This document shows, piece by piece, positions 42,242 through 52,835 of a stretch of 64,000 bases of DNA (positions are counted from its first letter, which is position 1; each line of letters starts with the position of its first letter). The translations under genes and the position numbers were made by a program. The notes below the pieces were generated by a model. The model had not been told where the DNA came from and ran no database searches. It worked only from the letters and a program-made list of their open reading frames with translations. The stretch lies in NCBI RefSeq assembly GCF_963921235.1, contig NC_086097.1, forward strand, positions 104,596,001 to 104,660,000. Direction: 5' to 3'. The DNA is from Mobula hypostoma. Taxonomy: Eukaryota.

Positions 42242-43101
42242 TGTGACGAGAATACACATAAAATTAAGATGTTTGCTTGCCTGGGTTAGCATCAGTGACA
42301 TCAGCAAGTGGTCTGCCACCTGCCCTCAGGGGAAGGAGAGATAAGGAACAATGGAGCAGCGTCTGGAGATGTGTAATGAAGGGACGGGGGAGAGAGAGCT
42401 GTCTGGAGCGGCTCCCCCTTTGAACCCTGAACTGTTTGAAGTGATGGACAGGCGATACCCCAGCAGGGGGATAAAAAGGGATAGGTTCGCTAAGGCAACA
42501 CACACGCCACCCGAGGTAACGAGACTCTGGAAGCGGTACGCCTCTCACGAGTCGGTGGAAAGTACCAGACAACGGCCAGGGTGGAAAGGTACGATCAGCA
42601 GGAACCCGGTGTGTGTCCACCCTTGCCTGGGTGCCGGGTTCACTGCAGAGGATCGACCGCATCTGGAAGAGGGGTCACAGTCGGTGACCTCAGGTGACAT
42701 CACAAAGGACCTGCCCAAAAGCTGCTTGTGAGCCATATCGCCGGTCTGTGAGTGAAGCCGTGTCTGAATGATCAGTTGTTCCTGTTCTCTCTCTCTCTCC
42801 CCCCACGTTGTCCATCGCCATGGCAACGATTACTGCGAACTGAACTATTAAACTGGACTGAACTTTGAGTCACTTTGAAATTTGGTCATTTACCCCTAGA
42901 CAACGATAGAGCTTGATTGATGCTGTTATCTTAATTCTGTGCACATGTGTGTTTATCATCGCTGAACTGTTGCATTTATTATCCTTTCGATTACTGTGTT
43001 GCTTGTTTCTTTCATAAAACTTTCTTAGTTCTAGTAATCCAGACTCCAACTGAGTGATCCATTTCTGCTGGTTTGGCAACCCAGTTACGGGGGACGTAAC
43101 A
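42242..43101 (+). repeat. 5' LTR
   Basis: TGTGACG...CGTAACA; about 8 mismatches by eye versus the 3' LTR. Confidence 0.96.
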
Positions 43102-43105
43102 TAAG

Positions 43106-43124
43106 TGGGGTTCTCGTCCGGGAT
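43106..43124 (+). promoter_or_regulatory. Primer-binding site, tRNA-Pro type
   Basis: TGGGGTTCTCGTCCGGGAT versus the canonical tRNA-Pro PBS TGGGGGCTCGTCCGGGAT, 4 nt after the LTR. Confidence 0.85.
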
Positions 43125-43200
43125 TTTGAACGCTAAATTTGGGACGGAGTAAATTGATTGGGTTAAAATTCCCGAAAGAAAGAAAAGACAAACAGCAGAA

Positions 43201-43623
43201 ATGGAGGCTGAGGAATTTATAAAGGCGCCGACCTTGGAGGCATTAGAGGATGCCAGGAAATCGGAATTGATAGCTGTGGCCAAACGGTTGAATCTTGCTA
43301 AGGTGAAGTCGACAATGAGGACAGAGGAGATACACAGAGCTATTGTAGAGCACTATGTATCTAAAGGTGTGTTTCCCCAAGGTGAGCTGGGGGTAGTGTC
43401 TATTGAAAAACCTGCTGGAGACGCGGTACAGGTACAGCTTGAAAAACTGAGACTCGAGCACGAGTTCTGGGTACGGCAGTTAGAACACGAAGAGAAGCAG
43501 TTAGAAAGGCAAGAGAGAGAGAAAGAGGTAGAAAGGCAAGAGAGAGAAAGACAGTTGGAGAGAGAAGAGAGAGAGGGACAGACAGTTGGAGAGAGAGGAG
43601 AAACAGAGGGAAAGGGAATTTAA
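43201..43623 (+). CDS. Gag N-terminal part, frameshifted from the downstream ORF inside a GA-rich coiled-coil repeat
   Basis: ATG ~80 nt after the PBS; E/R/K-rich tract; overlaps the next ORF in a different frame. Confidence 0.75.
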   Translation: MEAEEFIKAPTLEALEDARKSELIAVAKRLNLAKVKSTMRTEEIHRAIVEHYVSKGVFPQGELGVVSIEKPAGDAVQVQLEKLRLEHEFWVRQLEHEEKQLERQEREKEVERQERERQLEREEREGQTVGERGETEGKGI

Positions 43624-46048
43624 GCTGGAGAAGATAAAGATAAGGGCCGAGCAGGGGCTCATGCCGAACCAAGGTAGAGGGTTCCGGGCGACCCAGGAGG
43701 TTAGGCTGGTTCCCCCATTTGACGATACCGACGTGGATCGGTACTTTCTCCACTTCGAAAAAGTGGCTATAAGTCAGGACTGGCCGAGGGATAAGTGGGT
43801 TGTCTTACTTCAGAGTGTACTGAAAGGGAAAGCCCAAGAAGCTTACTCCGCTTTGTCCGCGGAAGATGCCCAGAGGTATGAGGTGGTGAAAGAGGCCATC
43901 CTCAGGATTTGTGAGTTGGTCCCGGAGGCATACCGGCAGAGGTTACGGAATGCGAGGAAACAGTGGGACCGCACGTATTTGGAGTTTGCCCGTGAGATGC
44001 AGACATATTGTGAGCGTTGGTGCGCCTCGAAGGGGGTAGAGGGGGATTATGACAGACTGCTACAACTGATCCTGATTGAGCAGTTTAAAGGTTGTGTCCC
44101 TGAGGGTATGAGACCCTACCTCGATGAGAAAGAGGCAGCCACGTTAGCCGCAACTGCTAAGTTAGCGGATGAGTATGCGTTGACGCATAAAATGAAGTTT
44201 GCCCCGAGTAAAGGCTACCAGAAGGGTAGTCAGGACGGCGGGGAGAGTCCGCCGGAAAAGTCAGAAAGTAAGCCGGGGACTAGTGAAAAGGATAAGGTAG
44301 ACCGGGAGCAGTCTGGTAGGAAGTCTCCTGGGGTCGTCTGTTATAATTGTGGGAAAGCCAGACACTTTGCGTCCAGGTGCTTTGCCCCAAGGAAGGAGAC
44401 GGGGAAAGGAAAAGCGGAAATTTTGAATGGCTGTATCGAGCTGTTAAGCGAACCGCTAGGGAAGGACAGGTCTGAAAAAGTCCAGGAAGGGCGCGAGAGG
44501 TTTATCTCGGCCGGGTTGGTGTCAGTGAAGGAGGGGTTAAAACCAGTTCCAGTGCGGATCTGGAGAGACACGGGAGCGTGTCAGTCACTAATACTGAAGA
44601 GTGTATTAGAGTTTAGCTCAGAGACCCAGACTGGGGAGGTAGAGGTCAAAGGTGTTGGGGAAGGGACAGAGTCAGTCCCTTTGCACCAGATACACTTACA
44701 AAGCAACCTGGTCTCTGGACTAGTCACGATCGGGGTGAGGTCCGAATTACCGATGAAACACGTGGAAGTCTTGCTCGGTAATGACATCGCCGGAGGAATC
44801 GTGTTCCCAGTCGTGAGATTGACAGGTCAGCCTGCCAGCATTGAGGCCCCGCCCATGGACTCACAGGTTCATCACGGGCCCGCGATAGTGAATTTAGCTG
44901 AAACGTTTCTGCCAACCTTGTATGAGATGGGGTGTAGTGAGACAAGAGGTAGTGAGGGAGCTGGGACGGACGTAGCAGTAGCCAGGAAAGAATTTGTGCA
45001 GACGCAGGAGCGAGACGAGGGGCTGATGGTTTTGGCAGAGACAGCTCTCTCTGACACAGCTTTAACAAGGGAACAAGTAGGCTATTGTGTGGAGGAGGAA
45101 GTGCTAAGGAAAAAAGGGAAATCAAGTACAGTACCCGCAGATGAGGAATGGGGGGTGGTGCAAAAGAGTTATGGGGATGAGGTTTTTAACATGGCCCACG
45201 AGGTACCCCCCGGTGGACATTTTGCGATGCTGGAGGAAACAGTTGGTGGAATCATGAAAGAGATTTACTGGCTGCCCAGGGGAAAGAATGTTATTGATCA
45301 TGACCGACGCGAACTGAGACGGTCACCGGCTTTTGATATACTAACAAACCTAGTCGGTGTTAGCGTGGAAATGACTAGTATGGGATCGATCAGATGGGAG
45401 AAGGCTATTGTTTTGGCCAGGTCTACTGATAAGGTGTCTCCCTTAATTCCCGAACAAAGCGAATCTTTAGAAGAAGTAATTAAACGACTCGCACCCGTGT
45501 GTTTGATTGTCCCGAGGCAATGCAAAGAACTGGGACGTTGGGTGATGTCTGTTACAATAGGTCAGCCTAGTAAACAACAATCATATATAATGAGTAATTC
45601 AGTGACTAAAGGGCTGATGAACACAGAGGTGTGTATTGGCAATTTAATATGGCTGTCTGAAGCCAGCTTGATAGTGAACCTTGAAAAAAATGAATTCGGC
45701 CACACGAGGGTCACTTACCTGGGAATTGTGGTGACACAGGGGCAGCTGGCAGCGATGCAAGCTACAGTGCAGGCTATCGCTGACCTCCCAACCCCGACAG
45801 ACAAGAGGGCCCTCAGAAGGCTCTTGGAGATGGTGGGGTACTGCAGGAAGTTTTGCAATAACTCTGCGGTCAATATCCGTCCCCCTCCTACTAAGCCCTT
45901 GCGAGAGAAAACTGAGTCGGAATGGGACGACCCTTGTTATTGTGGTCCGGGACAAAACCAAATGAGAGGTTACATTGGTCGCAATTCATCAGTGTTTTTC
46001 GCCACTATGAAGTTTGCTGAGTTGGAGCCTGGTCTAAGGGATTATTAA
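43586..46048 (+). CDS. Gag (SCAN-like capsid C-terminus, CCHC knuckle), protease, integrase-Zn remnant and RT-thumb remnant
   Basis: ELVPEAYRQR...LLQLILIEQF (SCAN-like), CYNCGKARHFASRC, RDTGACQS, AHEVPPGGH, then VNLEKNEFG..VTYLG..LRRLLEMVGYCRKF. No YxDD, RNase H or DDE core seen. Confidence 0.85.
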   Translation: MEREEKQREREFKLEKIKIRAEQGLMPNQGRGFRATQEVRLVPPFDDTDVDRYFLHFEKVAISQDWPRDKWVVLLQSVLKGKAQEAYSALSAEDAQRYEVVKEAILRICELVPEAYRQRLRNARKQWDRTYLEFAREMQTYCERWCASKGVEGDYDRLLQLILIEQFKGCVPEGMRPYLDEKEAATLAATAKLADEYALTHKMKFAPSKGYQKGSQDGGESPPEKSESKPGTSEKDKVDREQSGRKSPGVVCYNCGKARHFASRCFAPRKETGKGKAEILNGCIELLSEPLGKDRSEKVQEGRERFISAGLVSVKEGLKPVPVRIWRDTGACQSLILKSVLEFSSETQTGEVEVKGVGEGTESVPLHQIHLQSNLVSGLVTIGVRSELPMKHVEVLLGNDIAGGIVFPVVRLTGQPASIEAPPMDSQVHHGPAIVNLAETFLPTLYEMGCSETRGSEGAGTDVAVARKEFVQTQERDEGLMVLAETALSDTALTREQVGYCVEEEVLRKKGKSSTVPADEEWGVVQKSYGDEVFNMAHEVPPGGHFAMLEETVGGIMKEIYWLPRGKNVIDHDRRELRRSPAFDILTNLVGVSVEMTSMGSIRWEKAIVLARSTDKVSPLIPEQSESLEEVIKRLAPVCLIVPRQCKELGRWVMSVTIGQPSKQQSYIMSNSVTKGLMNTEVCIGNLIWLSEASLIVNLEKNEFGHTRVTYLGIVVTQGQLAAMQATVQAIADLPTPTDKRALRRLLEMVGYCRKFCNNSAVNIRPPPTKPLREKTESEWDDPCYCGPGQNQMRGYIGRNSSVFFATMKFAELEPGLRDY

Positions 46049-46209
46049 TAACACGTGTAAAAGGAACAGAAAATGCGATGACTGTCTGTCAAGGTGATGA
46101 CAACTTCAAACTCGCTGTGTTAGCCAAATAGCTGATAAAGATGTATATTTGTGCGTGTATCAAATCATGTATTCATGTTTGTAATTTTTACCTCCCGGTA
46201 AAAATCCTT

Positions 46210-46221
46210 AAAGGGGGGAAG
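46210..46221 (+). promoter_or_regulatory. Polypurine tract
   Basis: AAAGGGGGGAAG directly before the 3' LTR. Confidence 0.85.
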
Positions 46222-47081
46222 TGTGACGAGAATACACATAAAATTAAGATGTTTGCTGGCCTGGGTTAGCATCAGTGACATCAGCAAGTGGTCTGCCACC
46301 TGCCCTCAGGGGAAGGAGAGATAAGGAACAATGGAGCAGCGTCTGGAGATGTGTAATGAAGGGACGGGGGAGAGAGAGCTGTCTGGAGCGGCTCCCCCTT
46401 TGAACCCTGAACTGTTTGAAGTGATGGACAGGCGATACCCCAGCAGGGGGATAAAAAGGGATAGGTTCGCTAAGGCAACACACACGCCACCCGAGGTAAC
46501 GAGACCCTGGAAGCGGTACGCCTCTCACGAGTCGGTGGAAAGTACCAGACAACGGCCAGGGTGGAAAGGTACGATCAGCAGGAACCCGGTGTGTGTCCGC
46601 CCTTGCCTGGGTGCCGGGTTCACTGCAGAGGATCGACCGCATCTGGAGGAGGGGTCACAGTCGGTGACCTCAGGTGACATCACAAAGGACCTGCCCAAAA
46701 GCTGCTTGTGAGCCATATCGCCGGTCTGTGAGTGAAGCCGTGTCTGAATGATCAGTTGTTCCTGTTCTCTCTCTCTCTCCCCCCACGTGGTCCATCGCCA
46801 TGGCAACGATTACTGCGAACTGAACTACTAAACTGGACTGAACTTTGAGTCACTTTGAAATTTGGTCATTTACCCCTAGACAACGATAGAGCTTGATTGA
46901 TGCTGTTATCTTAATTCTGTGCACATGTGTGTTTATCATCGCTGAACTGTTGCATTTATTATCCTTTCGATTACTGTGTTGCTTGTTTCTTTCATAAAAC
47001 TTTCTTAGTTCTAGTAATCCAGACTCCAACTGAGTGATCCATTTCTGCTGGTTTGGCAACGCAGTTACGGGGTACGTAACA
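46222..47081 (+). repeat. 3' LTR
   Basis: Direct repeat of 42242-43101. Confidence 0.96.
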
Positions 47082-48855
47082 CAGTGCATTGACATTTAAA
47101 GAGACATCCCTTTCAATTTCACTCAAAGTAATGACTGCAAGGCTGATGGAAACATCTTAACTTAACTCCTCATATGATTTTCAGATTTATGAGACCTCTT
47201 TGAAGACTGAGCTCTTCAAGATGAAAAGGTTGTTTTCTCAGTACATACAGTGCATTGACATTCAATGAACTATACCTTTCAATTTTACTCAAAAGTACTG
47301 ACTGCAAGGCTGATGGAAACCCCTTAACTTAACTCCCCACATGATTCTGAGTTGTTTGAGACCTGTTTGATCACTGAGCTCTTCAAGATAAAAAAAAGTT
47401 GTTTTATCAGTGCCTACAGTGCATTGACATCAAAAGAAGTATATCTTTCAATTTTACTCAAAAATACTGACTGCAAAACTGATGGAGACCCCTTAATTTA
47501 ACGCCCCACATGATTCTGAGTTGTTTGAGACCTGTTTGATCACAGAGCTCTTCAAGATAAAAAAGTTGTTTTCTCAGTGCATACAGTGTACTGACATTAA
47601 AAGAATTATACCTTTCAATTTTACTCAAAGGTACTGACGGTAAACATGATGGAAACATCTTAAGGTAAATTCCCACATGATTCTGAGTTGTTTGAGACCT
47701 GTTTGATCACACAGCTCTTCAAGATAAAAAATGTTGTTTTCTCTGTGCATATAGTGTTCTGACATTAAAATAGGTATACCTTTCAATTTTACTTAAAAGT
47801 ACTGACTGGAAAGCTGATGTTAACATCTTAACTTAACTGTCCATATGATTCTGAGTTGTTTGAGACGTGTTTTCCCACTGAGCTCTTTAAGATAAAAAAG
47901 TTGTTTCTCAGTGCATACAGTGTGTTGACATTAAAAGAAGTATCCCCTTAAATTTTACTCAAATGTACTGACTGCAAAGCTGATGGAAACATTTTAACCT
48001 AACTGTCCATATCATTCTGAGATTCATGAGACCTGTTTGAACACTGAGCTCTTCAAGATAAAAAAGTTGTTTTCTCAGTAGATACGGTGCATTGACATTC
48101 AAAGAAGTATACCTTTCAATTTTACTCAAAAGTACTGACTGCAAAATTGATGGAAACCCCTTAATTTAACGCCCCACATGATTCTGAGTTGTTTGAGACC
48201 TGTTTGATCACAGAACTCTTCAAGATAAAAAAGTTGTTTTCTCAGTGCATACAGTGCATTGACATTAAAAGAAGTATACACATCAATTTTACTCAAAAGT
48301 ACTGACTGGAAATCTGATGGAAACATCTTAACTTAATTCCCCATATGATTCTGAGTTGTTTGAGACCAGCTTTATCACGGAGCTCCTCAAGATAAAACAC
48401 TTGTTTTCTCAGCGCATACAGTGCATTGACATTTAAAGAGATATCCCTTTCAATTTCATTTAAAGTAATGACTGCAAGGCTGATGGGAACATCTTAACTT
48501 AACTCCTCATATGATTTTCAGATTTATGAGACCTCTTTGAAGACTGAGCTCTTCAAGATGAAAAAGTTGTTTTCTCAGTACATATAGTGTTCTGACATTA
48601 AAATAGGTGTACCTTTCAATTTTCCTTAAAAGTACTGACTGGAAAGCTGATGGTAACATCTTAACTTAACTGTCCATATGATTCTGAGTTGTTTGAGACG
48701 TGTTTTCCCACTGAGCTCTTTAAGATAAAAAAGTTGTTTCTCGGTGCATACAGTGTATTGACATTAAAAGAAGTATCCCTTTAAATTTTACTCAAACGTA
48801 CTGACTGCAAAGCTGATGGAAACATCTTAACCTAACTGCCCATATGATTCTGAGA
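47082..48855. repeat. Terminal ~10.5 diverged satellite monomers
   Basis: Resumes in register after the TSD and ends at CATATGATTCTGAGA. Confidence 0.95.
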
Positions 48856-49047
48856 CTTTTTCTGTTAGAGATTGCTATACTCAAATCATTTGTCTTTTCT
48901 CCCCTGTAAAATATTTACAAAAGATCGTTATCCATCTGTGATTTGACTGAGTGTGTTGCTCTAGCGTAAAAGTTCTGGGCATGTCCTACTGCCTACCAGG
49001 AGCACACAGTATTTCCACAGAGACCTCCTGATCACTGTGATGCTGAA
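48850..49047 (-). pseudogene. Remnant of the ZNF-cassette 5' module (intron, putative splice acceptor, exon start) lacking a finger array
   Basis: 48850-48924 aligns to 62797-62872. 48934-49047 aligns patchily to ~63079-63200 after a ~200-bp gap. Minus-strand TTTTACAG with AG at 48905-48904. Confidence 0.75.
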
Positions 49048-50594
49048 TGATTGACGGTGGTGAACTCAGCAATGACAATACCAATGAATGTGAAGAGTAG
49101 GTGATTGGACGTTCTTGTAAAGGGTGAAACTCTCGTAGTGTGACTGCTACAGGACTCCTGTTACTCAAGACAGAGGCGTTCGTGATTATACACGCAAACT
49201 GAATAAAAGAAACAATGGTCTCACAAAGGTAATCTGCTATAGAAGCAGTTTATGTATCTTGCGGGGCTCTAATTGACATTTTAATTCATTGGGATTTGGA
49301 CCTAGTTCTTTCTTTTTGGCCTTAGCCAAAGCTATTCCCATTAGCTACCGAAGTCTGAACTTCCGCTAGTTCTGGACATCGGACCTAATTTCAGTGTTTC
49401 ACCTCAAATGGTAGAAACTCGCTTATCCACTTGTCTGATGGATACATTATAATTTCTCACGTGAGACAAACTTAGAACTGTACTTTTCGGCTGAGTCCCA
49501 AATCCTTAGCTTTAGAGCGAAAGATCTCAGCTATGCCTTGGAGGTCTAGCAGACCAATTTCTGGAGCCCTTTCTCCACTGAACACATGCGCGCCATTCGG
49601 CACAATTTTGGACTCTTGGCACCCATGCACTCGATTCTCATGATAATATATTCCAAAACTCAGATATTCCTGAGTAAGAACAGTGCCATTGAAAGCATTT
49701 ACAAGCATTGCCACACTTCTGCCAAATGCCACCATTCCAGACAATATTTCTATTCGATTTCAGATGCCAGATTAATACAGCAAGCTTCCATGTCAACAGT
49801 CAAAGTAAACTATTTTTTTCTGTCAAAAAACCTCCAAACACTGCTACTCTGTCATTGCCACGCCCCCTGCTGTTTCTCTGTTCATCATATGCTTTTACCC
49901 TTACCACTGCCAAGAGGCCGACACTTTGTCCTGTGCTGACCTGTCTCTGGTTTCTGACCCTGCTTAAATGAACACCCAACTTAACGTTCCAAGTTCTGCT
50001 TACAGATTTTAGAGAACGTGGTGTATTCTAATAACCCTATTGTTTGAGCCAGCTCTTTGCAAGAGGTGAAAGTGACCTATAATGTTGAAGTGGACAGGGA
50101 ATAAGGTAGTTAACTAATATTGTCATTCTTCCTCGGCCCAGAGAGATTTGAGGGAAAGAGAACATGTCAGACATAATTGCAGCCAGACTTCAGTCTACAG
50201 AAAGTCATGCAGGAAATTCAAGGAAAACCTTTCACTCGGAGGTTTGGAACCCATCACCACAGCAAGAGTGAGAGGTGAACATCGGAGTTGGATTTAAAAG
50301 AACTGCCGTGCAACAGAAATAATGGCAGGGACCTCCTAGGCTTTTGACTCCCTAATATACACTGGATGTGTTGCAGATTCACCAAGTACATGAGACTGAG
50401 CTTAAAATGGAACTGATTTATTTGTCACCAATTCAGAATATTAAACTACAGTCCAATTAAATATGAATATCAGCAGAAGAAACTGCGCAGTAACTGGGGT
50501 GCAAAACTGGATTGGATGAGCAACGGCAGTAATTATTCGACATCAAGAGTAACTTTTGAACTTGTCTCTGGATTCAGCAACTATTCTGAGTCTG

Positions 50595-51085
50595 AAGATT
50601 CCTTCGGTCAGATTTGACCATGGATATTGCGTTCCAGCTGTCTAGATACGCGAGCCTGGCTGGTAGAATATGGAGTGCAAGTTGTTTCCCATGTAGCAAG
50701 ATCCCCTTCTCCACGCATCTGATGAACCCAAAGAAAAGACTGATACGGTTTAGTATCAGCAACGTCGCAGGAGTCGCCAGTCTACATTGAGCTCAATGTA
50801 AGACTTGGTTAAGAACTCCAGCTCCATATATTCCCTCGGGGTTTACTCCCGAAGCATTTGCCGTCAGTCGGTATAGCCGCAAGGCAGCAAAGTTTTGAAA
50901 TCAGAGTTTTCCTTCTCCTAGATGAGTTTCGAACCATGGCTGACGAATCCCATCTGCCCAATACTTCTGGTTTTAGGGCGCCAGTAACTGGCCTTTGCCC
51001 TTTCTTCTGTTAGTAGAAAAGGTTTCGCCACACATGACCAGGAGCTGGACTTGGTTGCGGGAGGCTCTTTCAGGGAGCATTTAAT
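50595..51085 (-). mobile_element. RTE-clade 5'UTR-like / SINE-like fragment
   Basis: Similar to 57405-57589 (GACCATGGAT, CCCC..CTCCACG). Contains CTAGGAGAAGGAAAACTCTGATTTCAAA on minus, which I recall from RTE 5'UTRs; not verified. Confidence 0.45.
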
Positions 51086-51088
51086 ACG

Positions 51089-51365
51089 TAGAAACATAGA
51101 AAACCTACAGCACAATACAGGCCCTTCAGCCCACAATGTTATGCCGAGCATGTACTCACTTTAGAAATTACCTTGGGTTACTCATAGCCCTCTATTTTTC
51201 TAAGTTCCATGTAGCTATCCAGGAGCCTCTTAAAAGACCCTATTGTATCCGCCTCCACCACCGTCGCCGGCAGCTCATTCCACTTACTCTCTCTGCGTAA
51301 AAAAAACTTCCCCGACATCTCCTCTGTACCCGCCTCCAAGCACTTTAAACCTGTGTTCTCTCGTA
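51089..51365 (-). mobile_element. CR1/L2-type LINE 3' end fragment
   Basis: TAGAAACATAGAAA tail followed by GGCCCTTCAGCCCAC 3'UTR, like the 26.1-kb element. Confidence 0.7.
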
Positions 51366-51439
51366 TTAGTAGTGGGAGCTTATCTCCACTACCACCCTGG
51401 CTATAACAATCTTAGGGAGCCAGTTCTATATCCGTTATG

Positions 51440-52835
51440 AAGCATATTTAAACCAGTGTGAACTCAGTGTGCCACGTTTAGAATCGGTGTATATTCCTTC
51501 CAACAGTCTGTGCAGGTGAACGGCCTCTCCCCACTGTGAATCGACTAGTGTGCCAGTAGGACGATTGACTATGTGAATTCGTTCCCACAATCTGGGCAGG
51601 TGAAAGGACTCTCTCCATCGTGAACTCATTGATGCCGCATCGGTTAAGATTTCCTCATTCTTAGCAGATGAACGGCCTTTCCGCATTGTGAAGTCACTGG
51701 TATACCAAGAAGGTAGGTGATTGAGTGAATCCCTTCAGACAAACGGAACAGGAGTACGGATTCTCCCATGCAGCAGGTGGGATGACACATTCAAAGTAGG
51801 TTAATGGTTTCTCCCTAGTGAACTCCCTGGTGTACCTTCAGTTTGTACGATGCAGCGAATCCCTTCCCTCAGTGTGAACAGGTATATGGCCTGATTCCAG
51901 TGTGAACTGACTGGTGTGTCTGTAGCTCAGATAGTTGAATGAATCCGTTCCCACAGTCAGAGCAGGTGACCACCCTGACTACCATGTGAACTCGCTGGTC
52001 TGCCTACAGGTGAGATGTCTGAGTGAATGCCATCACACAGTGTGAGCATTTGAATGGTCTGTCCTCATTGTGAACAGGCTAGTTTGCCAATAGGTCAGAT
52101 GACCAAGTGAATCCCTCCCCAGAGTCTGAGCGGGTCTCTCAACAGTGTGAACTCTGGTGTAGCAGTAGTTCAAATGAGTGAGTGAATTCCAGTGTGAATT
52201 CGCTGGTCTGCCTGCATGTGAGATGATCGTGTGAATCCCTTTCCACAGTCCAGACAGGTGAACGACCTCCCAGCCGTGAAATCTCGCGGATGTGTCAACA
52301 GATCAAGCTACTGAGTGAATCTCTTCCCACATACAGAACAATTGAACAGTCTATATCCCTTGTCAAGTCACTGGGGTGTCTGTGGATCGGCTGAGTGAGT
52401 GAATCTTTTCCAATAGCAAGTGATCAGCCTCTCACTGCTGTGAATTTTCTGATGTAGCGTCAGCCTGGATAGCAGAATGAATCGTTTCCTACAGACAGAC
52501 AGATCAACAAATGCTGGTGTGTTCTCTGCACCCCGGTTCCAGTGGATTGCACTGAGATACATCTTCCTCTCATCAGCGTTGACAGATAAATTGGTGTTAC
52601 AAAGGAAATATCTGGTCACTCCGTAAATATCTGGATAGAGATATTAGTGCTGAGGTGCTATTGTGTTTGAGATTCCTGCCCACTATTTCTTTCCCATTTC
52701 CAACTTGTTAAAAGATTTACCAACTACATCAATAGGTGAAGGACAACATTTCAGATGAGATAATTTCAGCTTATATTGTGAATTCCGACATCACAATATT
52801 ACAGCAAGGTTCAACCCAAGTTGGAGGAACAACCT
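51440..52835 (-). pseudogene. Degenerate C2H2 ZNF pseudogene with 5' module; putative acceptor mutated AG>AA
   Basis: ~84-bp spaced CAGTGTGAA/TTCCCACA motifs with stops and indels. 52590-52825 aligns to ~62735-62970. Confidence 0.85.

Larger units (their letters stand above)
42242..47081 (+). mobile_element. Ty3/Gypsy (Gmr1-like) LTR retrotransposon, internally deleted, non-autonomous
   Basis: Two 860-bp TG...CA LTRs, tRNA-Pro-like PBS, PPT, 4-bp TSD (CCGT/CAGT), and a gag-protease ORF with integrase and RT remnants. Confidence 0.95.

Noticed and set aside
42264..47095. Duplicated 81-137 aa ORFs in the LTRs
   Set aside because: They are duplicated only because the LTRs are; no recognisable domain.
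1..48855. Hundreds of 60-112 aa ORFs in the satellite
   Set aside because: 167 is not a multiple of 3, so frames shift each monomer and stop. No domain similarity; artefacts of the repeat.
49472..49971. Short ORFs in unique-looking sequence
   Set aside because: No recognisable motif or splice support.
50940..51085. Possible HDV-like ribozyme at the 5' end of the RTE-like fragment
   Set aside because: Could not build the nested double pseudoknot by eye, and the copy is degenerate.
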